Assembly: GCA_963745075.1 (NCBI GenBank)
Contig: CAVUWV010000027.1
Coordinates: 64,001-128,000 of the forward strand
Length of the DNA: 64,000 bases
Reading direction: 5' to 3'
DNA from: Candidatus Hydrogenedentota bacterium
GTDB taxonomy: Bacteria > Hydrogenedentota > Hydrogenedentia > Hydrogenedentales > SLHB01
The translations under genes and the position numbers were made by a program. Below, one piece after another: positions 37,922 to 49,249 of this stretch. The notes below the pieces were generated by a model. It did not search any database. It had not been told where the DNA came from and was given only the letters and a program-made list of their open reading frames with translations. The stretch's first letter is position 1; every line of letters begins with the position of its first letter.

Positions 37922-39904
37922 CTACGCTGTACCGGGAACGATCTCGCCGGGCCCCACGTCTCCCACGTCGTTTTCATCTTCCGCACTCGTCACCGGCGGA
38001 ATACCCGCGTCCAACGGACCCTTCGGCGGCGGGGGAGTGACCTCCTTTTTTGGAGGAAGCAAATGCGCCTTGCCGTTCTTGCGGATAATCTCGTCGATCT
38101 CTTCCGCGTCCAACGTCTCCCGCTCGAACAATTCCTCCGCGATCGCGACTAAAATGTCGTTGTGTTCGATCATCATGTTCTTGGCGTCGGCATAAGCATT
38201 TTCTAAGATCTTGTGGATTGCCTTGTCCACGGCTGAAGCCGTTTCCTCACTGAAATCGCGTTCCTTGACGAAATCGCGCCCCAGGAAAACCTCCGTGTTG
38301 GAGCCGAAACTGATGGGTCCCAGTTCACTCATGCCCCACTGGCACACCATCGCGTGGGCCAGTTCGGTCGCCCGCTTGAGATCGTTCGACGCGCCGCTGC
38401 TGAACTCATTGAAAACGCACTCTTCCGCGGCACGTCCGCCCATCGCCACACGAACCGCCGCGAGACAGTATTGCTTGGAGATGGAATGACGATCCTCAAG
38501 CGGAATCATGCTGGTCAACCCCAGCGACGGACCGCGCGGAATGATCGTCACCTTGTGGACCGGGTCCGCGGCAGGCAGTAACCGTCCCATGATCACGTGG
38601 CCCGCTTCATGGTACGCCGTATTCCGCTTTTCCGCCGCGCTCAGCACCAGACTGCGGCGTTCCGGACCCATAAGCACGCGATCCTTCGCGTCCTCGAAGT
38701 CCTGCATGTCCACCTTGTCCTCATCGCGCCGCGCCGCGAGAAGCGCCGCCTCGTTGACCATGTTCGCCAAGTCCGCGCCGCTGAAACCGGAGGTGCCCCG
38801 GGCCAGCGTATTGACCAGGACCGTGTCGTCTATTGGTACACCGTTGTTCCGGATATGAATGTTGAGAATGGCCTCGCGGCCCTTGATGTCCGGGTTCGCC
38901 ACCACGACTTGACGGTCAAAACGTCCCGGTCGCAACAGCGCGCGATCCAATACGTCCGGACGGTTCGTCGCGGCCATAAGAATCACGCCTTCGCTCGTGT
39001 TGAACCCGTCCATCTCGACGAGCAACTGGTTCAGCGTCTGTTCCCGCTCATCGTGACCCCCGCCCAATCCGGCGCCGCGCTGCCGGCCGACCGCGTCGAT
39101 TTCGTCGATGAAAATAATGCAGGGCGCGTGTTTCTGCCCCTGCTGGAACAGGTCGCGCACGCGGCTTGCGCCCACGCCCACAAACATCTCCACAAAATCG
39201 GAGCCGCTGATGCTGAAGAACGGCACATGCGCCTCACCCGCAACCGCTCGGGCCAACAGGGTCTTACCGGATCCCGGGGGGCCCACCAGCAAAACGCCCT
39301 TGGGAATCTTGCCGCCGAGGCGCGAGAACTTCTTCGGCTCCTTGAGGAAATCGATGATCTCCTTCAGTTCCTCCTTCGCTTCGTCCACGCCCGCGACATC
39401 ATCAAACGTGACCACCTTGTCGCTGTGGTTCACGAGCCGCGCCCGGCTCTTGCCGAACGACAGGGCCTTGTTGCTCCCACCCTGAACCTGACGAAACATG
39501 AAAAACCAGAAAACCCCGATAATAAGAATCAGCGGGACCACGTTGACCAGAACGCTGACCAACAGGGTGCTTTCCGGCGCCATCTCCCACTCGATCGGAT
39601 TCTTTCCATCGTGCGCGTCATCGCGCATCAAAGCTTTCCACTTCTCAGGGAAATCATCGGTCTTGAACTCGATGGAACTCTGGCCTTTGTAAGGCTTCTT
39701 GAATTTTGCGCTGAACGTAAAGAGGTCCTCGCCTTTGGTTACCTTGACCGGGCTATCGATATTGCCCGCCTCCAACTGCGAAACGAAATCGCCTTCCCAC
39801 AGCTTTTCCTTGGAACTCTGGCCGTTGTTCAGCGTCGTCAACAGCAGCACCAGGATGATGAGAAGGACTACCCACAGGGAAACCTGTTTGAGAAATCCAT
39901 TCAT
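37922..39904 (-). CDS. ftsH: ATP-dependent zinc metalloprotease FtsH
   Basis: Two TM segments, [31 protein letters not shown] zinc motif. Confidence 0.99.
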   Translation of the reverse strand: MNGFLKQVSLWVVLLIILVLLLTTLNNGQSSKEKLWEGDFVSQLEAGNIDSPVKVTKGEDLFTFSAKFKKPYKGQSSIEFKTDDFPEKWKALMRDDAHDGKNPIEWEMAPESTLLVSVLVNVVPLILIIGVFWFFMFRQVQGGSNKALSFGKSRARLVNHSDKVVTFDDVAGVDEAKEELKEIIDFLKEPKKFSRLGGKIPKGVLLVGPPGSGKTLLARAVAGEAHVPFFSISGSDFVEMFVGVGASRVRDLFQQGQKHAPCIIFIDEIDAVGRQRGAGLGGGHDEREQTLNQLLVEMDGFNTSEGVILMAATNRPDVLDRALLRPGRFDRQVVVANPDIKGREAILNIHIRNNGVPIDDTVLVNTLARGTSGFSGADLANMVNEAALLAARRDEDKVDMQDFEDAKDRVLMGPERRSLVLSAAEKRNTAYHEAGHVIMGRLLPAADPVHKVTIIPRGPSLGLTSMIPLEDRHSISKQYCLAAVRVAMGGRAAEECVFNEFSSGASNDLKRATELAHAMVCQWGMSELGPISFGSNTEVFLGRDFVKERDFSEETASAVDKAIHKILENAYADAKNMMIEHNDILVAIAEELFERETLDAEEIDEIIRKNGKAHLLPPKKEVTPPPPKGPLDAGIPPVTSAEDENDVGDVGPGEIVPGTA

Positions 39905-39967
39905 AAAAGATACATGTTCCTTATCTTACGGCAGGTGAGGGCACACGGACTGCCCACGGTAGCTTGT

Positions 39968-39996
39968 ATCATAACACATGCACAGGGGGTGAACAA
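39968..39996 (-). promoter_or_regulatory. Putative sigma70 promoter of ftsH-folP-glmM
   Basis: Minus strand TTGTTC-N17-TATGAT with TGn extended -10. Confidence 0.5.
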
Positions 39997-40143
39997 TCCC
40001 GGAAAGCCGTGAATCGACACGGCGTTGCAGGCCAACCGCGCATTCGGTACCATACCGGCCCGGCTATCTCTTGACAAAGGTGACGGATTCACCCGTTTTT
40101 CTGATGCTGGCCGGGTATTCAGGGCGAGTCCAAGGAGTTGACC

Positions 40144-41265
40144 ATGGATCACAGGGAAGGGATTCAACGCGTCGGTGTCGTCTTGGCAGGCGGGTCCGGC
40201 GAGCGTTTCTGGCCGCTCTCGCGCAAGCATCGGCCCAAGCAGTTGCTGCGTCTCACCAGCGCCCATGAGACCATGCTGGGCGAGGCCGTCTCCCGGGTGG
40301 CGCCGCTGATTCCCCCCGAACACGTCTACATCGTGACCGGCGCGCACCTTGTCCAGCCCATCCGCGAGGCCGGTATCGGCGTCCCGCCGGAGAATGTGAT
40401 CGCCGAACCCAGTAAGCGCAATACCGCGGGCGCGCTGGCTTATGCCACGGCCGTCCTGCTGGCAAACTACGGCGGAGACGGGTCGAATCTCAGCATGGCC
40501 GTCACCACCGCCGACCACGAGATCGGCGAGCCGGAACGATTCCGCGCTACGATCAACACCGCACTGACCGCCGCTGAACAGGATGATGTCCTCGCCATCA
40601 TGGGGATGGCCCCGACCCGGCCCGAGACCGGCTACGGCTACATCCAGGTGGCCGACGGCGACCCCACGGTCTCCGGAGACGGCGTCGCCGTTTACCCGGT
40701 CAAGGCCTTCCACGAGAAGCCGAACCGGGATCAGGCCCACGATTTCATCGCCACGGGCCGCTACTTTTGGAACGGCGGCATGTTCTTCTGGCGGGTTTCG
40801 GTCTTTCTCGACGAACTGCGCCAGGCCAGCCCCGCCCACGCCGCCGCCATCGCCGATATGACCGAAGCCCAGCGCCTTGGCGACGCCGAGGCCGTCCGCA
40901 CCCATTTCGAGCGATTGGACGACATCTCCATCGACTACGCCCTCATGGAACACGCCCGCCACGTTCATATGGCCCGCGCCGATTTCCCCTGGGACGACGT
41001 CGGCGCCTGGACCGCCCTCGACCGCACCTACCCCAAAGACGGCCAAGGCAACGTCGCGGTCGGCGATCCCGTCCTCGTCGACACCAAAGACTGCATCGTC
41101 TATAACGACCTCGGCGCCACGGATATGGCCGTCAGTGTCGTCGGCGCCGAAGACCTCGTGGTCGTCGTCACCAAAGACGCCGTCCTCGTCATCCCCAAAG
41201 ACCGCGCCCAAGACGTCCGCCGCGCCGTCCAGGAATTGAAGGAGAGAGACGCGGGGCAGTTGTAA
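40144..41265 (+). CDS. manC: Mannose-1-phosphate guanylyltransferase
   Basis: LAGGSGERFWPLSR..PKQ, EPSKRNTA, ETGYGYI, FHEKP, ISIDYALME, WDDVGAW; AAGGAG RBS. Confidence 0.95.
   Translation: MDHREGIQRVGVVLAGGSGERFWPLSRKHRPKQLLRLTSAHETMLGEAVSRVAPLIPPEHVYIVTGAHLVQPIREAGIGVPPENVIAEPSKRNTAGALAYATAVLLANYGGDGSNLSMAVTTADHEIGEPERFRATINTALTAAEQDDVLAIMGMAPTRPETGYGYIQVADGDPTVSGDGVAVYPVKAFHEKPNRDQAHDFIATGRYFWNGGMFFWRVSVFLDELRQASPAHAAAIADMTEAQRLGDAEAVRTHFERLDDISIDYALMEHARHVHMARADFPWDDVGAWTALDRTYPKDGQGNVAVGDPVLVDTKDCIVYNDLGATDMAVSVVGAEDLVVVVTKDAVLVIPKDRAQDVRRAVQELKERDAGQL
41218..41265 (+). repeat. 48-nt diverged direct repeat, copy 1 (3' end of manC)
   Basis: Encodes [15 protein letters not shown]; 35/48 nt identical to 45747-45794 by hand count. 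Confidence 0.85.
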
Positions 41266-41491
41266 GAAAGTTGCCAACATTGATAGACTCGTTGCCGTCT
41301 GTTACAAGAAAGCTATTACATGCAGTCATTGCACCTGCATGTCAGGGGGTCAAGCAACCGCAAAACTTTATTTGTGTCCAAACAGGACTCCCCCGCCTTA
41401 TAGGAGATTCCGTCGAGCGGCATCGCCTTATCGAGCGTAGTGCTTTCACGTTTCACTCTTTGGCATCCGGGTAGAAGACAGGGGGCATGTC

Positions 41492-44400
41492 ATGTGGCGA
41501 TTAAGGTGCGGAGCGGTATCCTCTCTTTTTGCCGTTGTTTGCGTCTCAAGCAGCGCATTGGATCTTACCACGAACGGCGCGTCTTCCTACGTAATCCTGG
41601 GAGATGGATCCGACCCCGCCGTTCAGGATTTGCAGCATTACATCGAAGTTATGTCCGGTGCCAGCTTGTCGATCCTGCCACTTGCAACAGACCCCATCCC
41701 CGGTCAAGCCATTGTCGTTGGTGACCGTACCATTCCCGGCTACACGCCCCCCGCACTGGGGCCTCATGGGTTCCACCTGTTCGTGCTGGGAAACCAGATG
41801 ATCGTTCACGGCGGTTCGGTCGAGGGAACGCAGTTCGGTGTTTACGGATTGCTCGAAGATCATCTCGGTTGTCGATGGCTAACGCGGGATTTCGAGTCCA
41901 TTCCAAATGTGCCCACCATTCAGGTCTCGGATACGCTCAACGAGGTACAAGAGCCTTCGATACGGGATCGGTACCGGATTGGGCAGGGCAGTTACTCCTA
42001 CGCGGACGCTGACTGGCGGCGGCGCAACCGCGTGGGCGTGCTGATGAAGGGTCAGACCAACCACAACATGTACCAGTGGCTGCCTCCGAGCGTGTACTTC
42101 GATGCCCATCCCGATTGGTATCCCCTGAGCGCCGACGGGGGTACGGATCATAAATGACCCGAATCAGTGCATGACGTGGAGCAACGACGAAATGATCGCC
42201 GAACTGACGAGGTTGGTCAAGGAGCGCATGGCCGTCACGCCAGAGGACGAGTTAATCCCCATTTGCCAGGGCGACGGTTTCACCCCATCCTACGATCCCG
42301 GCGATCGTGCGCTTGTCGACCAGTACGGAAGCGAATCCGCCCCGCTCATTTATTGCCTGAACCGTGTCTTGCAGGAGACGAAGCTTGAGTACCCCAACCA
42401 TTGCATCGTGACGTTTTCATACCAAGGGACAAACGAGGCGCCAATCAACGATTCGACGGGTGAGAAGCTCATTCCCGACAGCAATCTCTACATTGAATAC
42501 GTACGCATGGGCGACGCCATGCACAATGTTACCAGCGGCATTTTCAATCCGACGTACCTGGTGCCTGAGTTCCTCGAATGGCGAAGCCTCACGCCGAACA
42601 TGCGAATCTACTCATGGTCCATCGGCTTCGCTTGCCACAGCTCACCGTTCCCGAACTACAAGGCGATGGCCGAAGATGTAAAGTGGTTCGCGCCCTATGT
42701 GACGGGTTTCGGCCATCAAGGCACCTATTACGAAGCCTCAGACTGGGGGGAGCTCAGAGACTGGACGACAGCCCACCTTCAGTGGAACGTCAATCTCGAC
42801 GTGGACGCGCTCGAACAGGAGTTTCTGGATCGCTTCTACGGAGCGGACGCGGCGGTTCCCCTTTGGAATTATCTCCAACGCGTGCAGCAGAACGCCGCCA
42901 ACAGTTCGAAGCGTTTTCAACGCGGTATGGGGCAGCGATCCGGCTTACGTGAAGCAGGAATTGTATCCACAGGCGGAAATCGACCAGGGTCTCATCGATT
43001 TCTCCAACGCGCTGACCGCCGCCGAAGCGTCCGGCGATAGCGACTTCGCCACGCACGTCAGGGAAACGCGCGCTTCGTCGTTCTTGTACCTCCTGTTCGT
43101 CGATCCCCAGGAACTTCAACTGGCCCAGTACCGGCGGGCAGGACTGGCTCGTCCCCAACGGGGATGCGACACTGGCGGAGTACATCACGGACCTCGATTA
43201 CATTTTGTCCCACAACCGGTTGCTTTACGAAATGACCAACCCATGGTATGGCCACCAGGAATTCCTGGCACGGGTCGGGGGGCCGGTTGACCCGGAAATT
43301 GAAAACAGCCGTCTCAAGCTGGGTTTCACCGCGAACCTTCGCGGCATTATGTCGTCATTGTACGACAAGGATTCGGGGCGCGAACTCGTCGCCCTCGGCC
43401 CGGCCGGTCAACCGAGTCTCGGCGGTGTCCGCGATTCAATCTACGGATGGATCTACTCGGACGATCTGGACGGCGTGAACGGGTGCACCTTCACGTCTAA
43501 CTACGCGAATGGTGTCCACACAGTCTACGGCGAAGGCCACGTGCTCACCTCCGGCTGGTACGACGCCTATATCCTGCAGCAACGACGAACCGTGGATTTG
43601 GTCGACGGTGAACGGGAATTCTCGGTCAAGACGTGGCTATACACCTTGCCCGAAACGCCTTGGTGGATACAGACCTACGGCGATTACGTAAACCTCACCG
43701 AACCGCACTACGAGGGCCGGCTGTTCGCCCGACTAAACGTATGGGCGCCCGGCGACCTGAAAGTCGTGTTTCTCGCACCCGGCCTGGCCCATGAACATCA
43801 ATTCGCATTGGGCAACGAGTTCAGCGCGCCGCTACCCCAGAACCGTCAGGAGGGTGAACTCGCCGCAGCCTACATTATGAACGGGACGACGGATCCCGCG
43901 ATCTGCCTGACGACTCCATGGGCGCAGTGGGACCATCTGTCCTTTGCTTTCGACCCCGGCGCACAGCAACTCTTGGTGGAAGGTATCGGGCCGAAGAAGG
44001 CGGCCATCGTGGATACCGACGTGCCGATGTCGGAATACAACCTGAAGGTGATGACCTACGATGAAGCGAATCGCGCCACGCCCGTGAGTGGACTTCACGC
44101 GACCGCCGGTGACGGCAGCGTCGTGCTTGCGTGGGACGCCAAGAATACCTCCGGGGTCACCGGCTACAACGTATACCAGTCCACGCAATTCGATGGACCC
44201 TACGCCAAACTGACGCCGACACCAGCGGTCGATACCACGTATAACGTCATCGGTCTGGTCAACGACCAGCGGTACTACTTCTACGTCACCGTCGTCTATT
44301 CCGGTGGGAAAGAGAGCCCTGCGTCACCCATCGTAAGTGGTGTGCCCAATTCGGGCGGATCGACCATATTCCTTGTTGCGAATAATGGTGCCGGCGACTT

Positions 44401-45794
44401 CGCTTCGATCCAGGAGGCGTTCGACGCCCTGCCTACGGTTGCCTGGCAAAACGATTACACGATCCAAGTTCTGGACACGTCGGCAACCTGGCCCGACGGC
44501 TACGCAGGCGCCCAATCTGTCCGCCGCGACAATCGCCGCGTCCCAGGGGCATCGGTTGACCGTCGCCGGCGAGGGCGGTCGCGCCATCGTGCGAGGCATG
44601 CTGTTGCTCGGCGACGGCGTCGGGTGGAGCAATGGTCGTGCGACCGTGACCTTGCAGTCGTTGTCGTTTGTATCGTCGAATCCCGATAACGCCGTTGCCG
44701 CGAAGTGGCCGGGGCCGGGTTCGATCATTAGTGGCAATTCCTTCGAGAGTCTTTATCGTGGCGTCGACTTGTTTAACGCAGGCTATAACACCGGTTCCGT
44801 GATCGAACGCAACTATTTCAGGCACGTTCAAGAAGCCATCAGCGATAGTGGATACTCTTTTGGTGGAACCGCCGCACAGCCGTTTATCGTCCGGAACAAT
44901 ATTTTCCAGAATTGCTCCGTTAGAATTTTCTACTTGTGGGGCCCCGAGTATACCTATTTCGTCAACAACACCATGTTGAAGGTTAATGGAAGTGTCCGGT
45001 TACATGCGGATCCTACCTTTACGGCTGCAAACAATGTCTTCGATACAATGTACAGCGTTTCGTTGGACGCGTCCGCACATACCCTCGGCGATCTGCTCGG
45101 TTTGGGGGCGCTTTTGGACTGGAACCTGTTTTACGCGGCGCCGATCGCGATAGTCGATCAAAGCAATCCGCAATACTTCAACACGTTGTCCGACTGGCAG
45201 GCCGCGTCAGGCTTCGACACGCATAGTCTGGAAGTGGACCCCTTGCTGGATAAGCTGGGACTGAAGCCCGCGGAGGATACGCAACTTAACCGCTTCAAGC
45301 TGCCACCCGGAAGTCCGGCCATTGATGCAGGAACGACGGTCAATATCCCTTACGGTGCGATCGACTTTTTCGGCAACCCAAGGGTTCAAGGAGGAACCAT
45401 CGATATCGGAGCGGTGGAAGCCGGGGACGGCGATGGTGACGGCATTGCCGACATTACCGAAGGTGTGGGCGATCCAGACGGAGACGGTCTGCCCAACTGG
45501 CTGGATCTCGACAGCGACGGAGATACCATTACGGACCAAGTGGAAACTGCAGCGGATACGGACAACGACGGTATTGCCAATTATCTGGACCTGGACTCGG
45601 ACAACGACGGGGCGAGCGACCAAGCCGAGGTTACCGCCGGCACCGATCCCTATGACCCCGCTGACTATCCTTCCGTCCCGGCCTCCAACACGTATTCCTT
45701 AGCCTTTCTGATTGTTGTGCTGGGTATCGGCGGTGTTTTTGTCCTGCGCCGCGCCGTTCAAGAGTTGAAACGGAAAGACAACGGGCAAATGTAG
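41492..45794 (+). CDS. Large secreted, membrane-anchored mosaic protein (DUF4838-like, FN3, beta-helix, choice-of-anchor-Q-like, Ca-binding DxDxDG repeats, C-terminal TM); interrupted by four apparent +1 frameshifts
   Basis: ORFs 41492..42157, 42171..43040, 42949..43290, 43205..44689 and 44337..45794 join after removing one base at G5 42137-42141, T4 42914-42917, CC 43131-43132 and CCC 44511-44513; motifs [44 protein letters not shown]...[16 protein letters not shown]. Confidence 0.75.
45747..45794 (+). repeat. 48-nt diverged direct repeat, copy 2 (manC-like tail ending the surface-protein gene)
   Basis: Encodes [15 protein letters not shown]. Confidence 0.85.
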
Positions 45795-45854
45795 CAAATC
45801 ATCGACGATGACGTTGCTTGCGAAGCAAGCCATCAAAGGTTTTTTGGAGGGGGA

Positions 45855-45890
45855 GTGGGGGAACCGTTTCCTCAGAAAAGGTTCCCCCAC
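45855..45890. terminator. Strong hairpin between convergent genes (terminator or REP-like interspersed repeat)
   Basis: GTGGGGGAACC 45855-45865 pairs with GGTTCCCCCAC 45880-45890, plus inner TTTC/GAAA and a 4-nt loop. Confidence 0.6.
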
Positions 45891-45908
45891 GTTCGGTTCA
45901 AAATCAAC

Positions 45909-48900
45909 TCACGCGAACTGTACCTTAAACGTCCGTAGCTCATACGGCGTCACGTAAAACGTGATACGGTTCCCTTGAAGTTTCAGGGGCGGTCGTCTTC
46001 TTCCATGAGTCCGCATTCGGCGACGGATTTCGGTTTACGCCCGAACGTCAGGGTGACCTCGCCGCGTTGGCCGTGGGCTTCGTAGAGGCGGACGATGACG
46101 GCGTCGGAATCCTCGTGCTTTTTCACGTGGTCGATGATGACGTTGTCGTTGTCCACACTGGCGAAGGCGCTGACCGGCGGCTGCGACCCGCTGGTCTTAT
46201 GTGACGGCACCGCGATGAGCGGCGTATTGAGCTGGTGGCCTTCGTGCACCGAACCGTTCCGCCAACCCCAAGCGTGGGGGAGAAGCGAGTACGTGAATTC
46301 GTGCGCTCCCTCGTCGGCGTGCGGATCGGGATCGATCGAAGACCGCAGCAGCGACAGCCGCAACACATTCTCCTTCACGTCGTACCCGTACTTGCAGTCG
46401 TTCAGCAGACTCACACCGTAATCGCCTTCCGAAAGATCCGCCCAACGCAACGCCGTATTCTCGAATCGCGCCCGGTCGGACGCGTAATTGGCATGGGTGG
46501 GCCGCTCGATGGTTCCGTATTGGATTTCGTAGGTCGCCCGCGTCGAACGAACGTTCACCGGGAACGCCACTTTTAACAGCACTCGTTTCTCCCACCAATC
46601 CACCTTCGTGATGAAATCGATGCGTGGCGAACTGGCATACAGCGTGACATCCTGCGTGAACGTGCTCTTCTCCGTCTTGCGGACGATGCGCACGGCCGCA
46701 CGGACCGGCCCCGTCTCGATGACCTCGATGCTTTCCGCCGGACCCGGTTCCCACATCAGGTCTTCAAAGTTGTGGTCAATGTCCCATGCGTCATTTTTCC
46801 ACGGCCGGTCGTCGAACAGTTGGAGCACATTTGCACGCGCCCCCTTGGGTAGCACGTCTCGCTGCTCGACTTTGTCGTGGATCTTCGTAAGCGTGCCGTG
46901 CTTGTCGAAGCGGATGCGCACGAAATCGTTCTCCATGCCGGTGCCGGTTGCCCGCAGCAGGCCCGTCGGGTCAGCATGACGCGTGCCGGTCACGACGCGG
47001 TACACCGCATAGCCCAGCGGCGGAACCGCCTTGGCCTCGAAGATGATCGTGTCTTTGCCGATTTGTTGACTGGGCACCGGATTGCCGCCCGTGTCCACGA
47101 CGCAGAACTTCGCAGGCAAGTTGGGTACCGTTACCGTTGCGATGTCATCGCGCACCCAGCTCAGGGAGTTAAACACGATCATCGGGATTCCTTCCCCGTC
47201 CGTGGCAATAGTGCCGAGAACGTGGGCGAGGGCCTCGTCCCGAATGGACGCGATAATCTCCCGTGCTTCCGCGTAATCCTTGTCCGCCTGCGCATAGACT
47301 TCGGTGATGGACGAGCCCGGCAAAATGTCGTGGAACTGATTCGTCAAAACGCGCTTCCACCCCTCCCAAAGCTTGGCGTGGTCGTACTTCCCGCCGCCGA
47401 GGTGGGCGAGCACGCTCAGAAACTCCGCGTCATGCAGCGCGACCTCGCACTTCCGGTTGTTTCGCTTCGTGCGCGCCTGCGTGGTCTGGCAGGCCCGGTG
47501 CAGTTCGAGGTACAGCTCGCCGTTGTACACCGGCAACTCCGCGCGCGCGGTCTTTTTGCGCATACGCTCGACGCAGTCGGACAGACGCCCGAACTCGCAC
47601 TTCGGCACGCCGACGATATTGCTCAACCGCTTCCCGTGCTCGATCATGTTCATCGTCGGACCGCCGCCGCCGTCGCCCCAGCCGAAGGCAAAAGGCAGTT
47701 CGTCCACTTTCTCTTTCTGCTTGAACTGGTTCCACTGGGCGATGCAGTCTTTGGGGATGGGATTCCCGTTGTAGTTCAACGGCGGCATCAGCGCGAAGAT
47801 GCGCGTCCCGTCCGTACCCTCCCATTGGAACATGCTGTACGGGAACTCCGTAAACATGTTCCAGGAGATCTTGGTTGTCACGAACGCGGTGAGCCCCGCC
47901 TTCTTCATGATCTGCGGCAGCGACCAGGTGTACCCGAAGGAATCCGGCACCCATGCAATGTGCGAACGCTTGCCGAATTCGCGTTCGTAGAATCGGTTGC
48001 CATACAGGTATTGGCGAATGAGCGCCTCGCCGGATGGCACGTTATGATCCGGCTCGATCCACGGCGCGCCGCACAACTCCCAACGGCCTTCCTGCACGCG
48101 TTTTTTGATGCGCTTGTATAACTCGGGGTAATAGGTTTTGATCCATTCATACTGCACCGGTTGGCTGCACGAGAAATGAAATTCCGGGTACCGGTCCATC
48201 AAGTTAAGCACCGTCGAGAACGTGCGCGCGCACTTGCGTTTCGTCTCCCGGATCGGCCAGAGCCAGGCCGTGTCGATATGGGCGTGGCCCGCGAGAACCA
48301 GTTTGCCCATTCCGAAGCTGGCTTCGAAATCCTTGAGTCCCGTTCGCAGCGTCCGCTGCGCTTTCTTCAATGACGCGTGATACGAAGCACTTCCTTTCTG
48401 TTGGAGGTCGACACTCCGGACCGACCGGTCCAGCAGCTCCAGGAGTTCGCGAGTGGGCGCATAGTTCAGGTTGAGTTCTTCCGCCACTTCAAGCGCGACC
48501 AATGCGTCCCAGTAGAACTCCCACGCCACCATGTCCATGACCGCGAGGTCCGCGTACCCAAACGTATGGTACAGGTCGAACCGCGTGCTGGGACACGCCT
48601 CCAGCACGATTTCGAAAGTCTCGCCGCCCTTGGCCTTCTCCGTAAGGATCAACTCGTCGCGGTTGCGGTCCAGTCCCTGATACGGTTGGCCGTTGACGTA
48701 CGCCAGTGATTCGCCGCCTTCGTTCACGTCCAAAGGTTCGGTGGTCAGTGAAGTCTGCGCAGCGCAGATCAGCGCGACTACCTTCTCGCCTTTCATGGAC
48801 TGCGGCACGCGCACCTTCATGCGGAACCATGTCGTCTGGTCGAGCCCCCCCCACAGGCCCGGGATCTGAAACGGCTTCCACCCCGATTTCGGCGCGCGTT

Positions 48901-49042
48901 CCGGACCCTTGTCTTTCCCGGTTACGGAATACTCGATAGCGCCGACAGACTGCCGCTTGCTGAATACCGTCCCCTCGATCTCGCGGATTCGCTCGCGTAT
49001 CTGACCGGCTTCGATACGCCGTTCGGAGTCAAAATTGGGCAT
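45909..49042 (-). CDS. Alpha-mannosidase, glycoside hydrolase family 38
   Basis: GHAHIDTAWLW, WVPDSFGY, GWGDGGGGP, GELYLELHR, NQFHDILPGSSI, LLNDCKYG; one missing C in the homopolymer near 45986 restores the C-terminus ...VTPYELRTFKVQFA*. Confidence 0.93.
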
Positions 49043-49249
49043 GGAATGCTTCCCCTGGTTGTGGTCCAGATCGGACGCGCCGGTGGTTACAGTTCTTGAC
49101 GGAAATCTCCACCGGGCATGGCTGCGGATTATACGCGATTGAAACGGCACGTACCAAGCTGGATACGACCCTTGAAGCAGGGATGTGGTGGCCCGCGTGG
49201 TCAAAATGCACTTGGTCTATAGAACGGACACAGGTGACACACTTTCGGA

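Noticed and set aside
42137..44513. Programmed frameshifting or phase variation in the surface-protein gene
   Set aside because: Four independent +1 events in runs of 2-5 nt with no slippery heptamers; sequencing error or decay is simpler
41218..45794. The 48-nt repeat pair as a diversity-generating retroelement TR/VR
   Set aside because: Several mismatches are at non-adenine positions whichever copy is taken as template, many are synonymous, the repeat is short, and no reverse transcriptase is in the window
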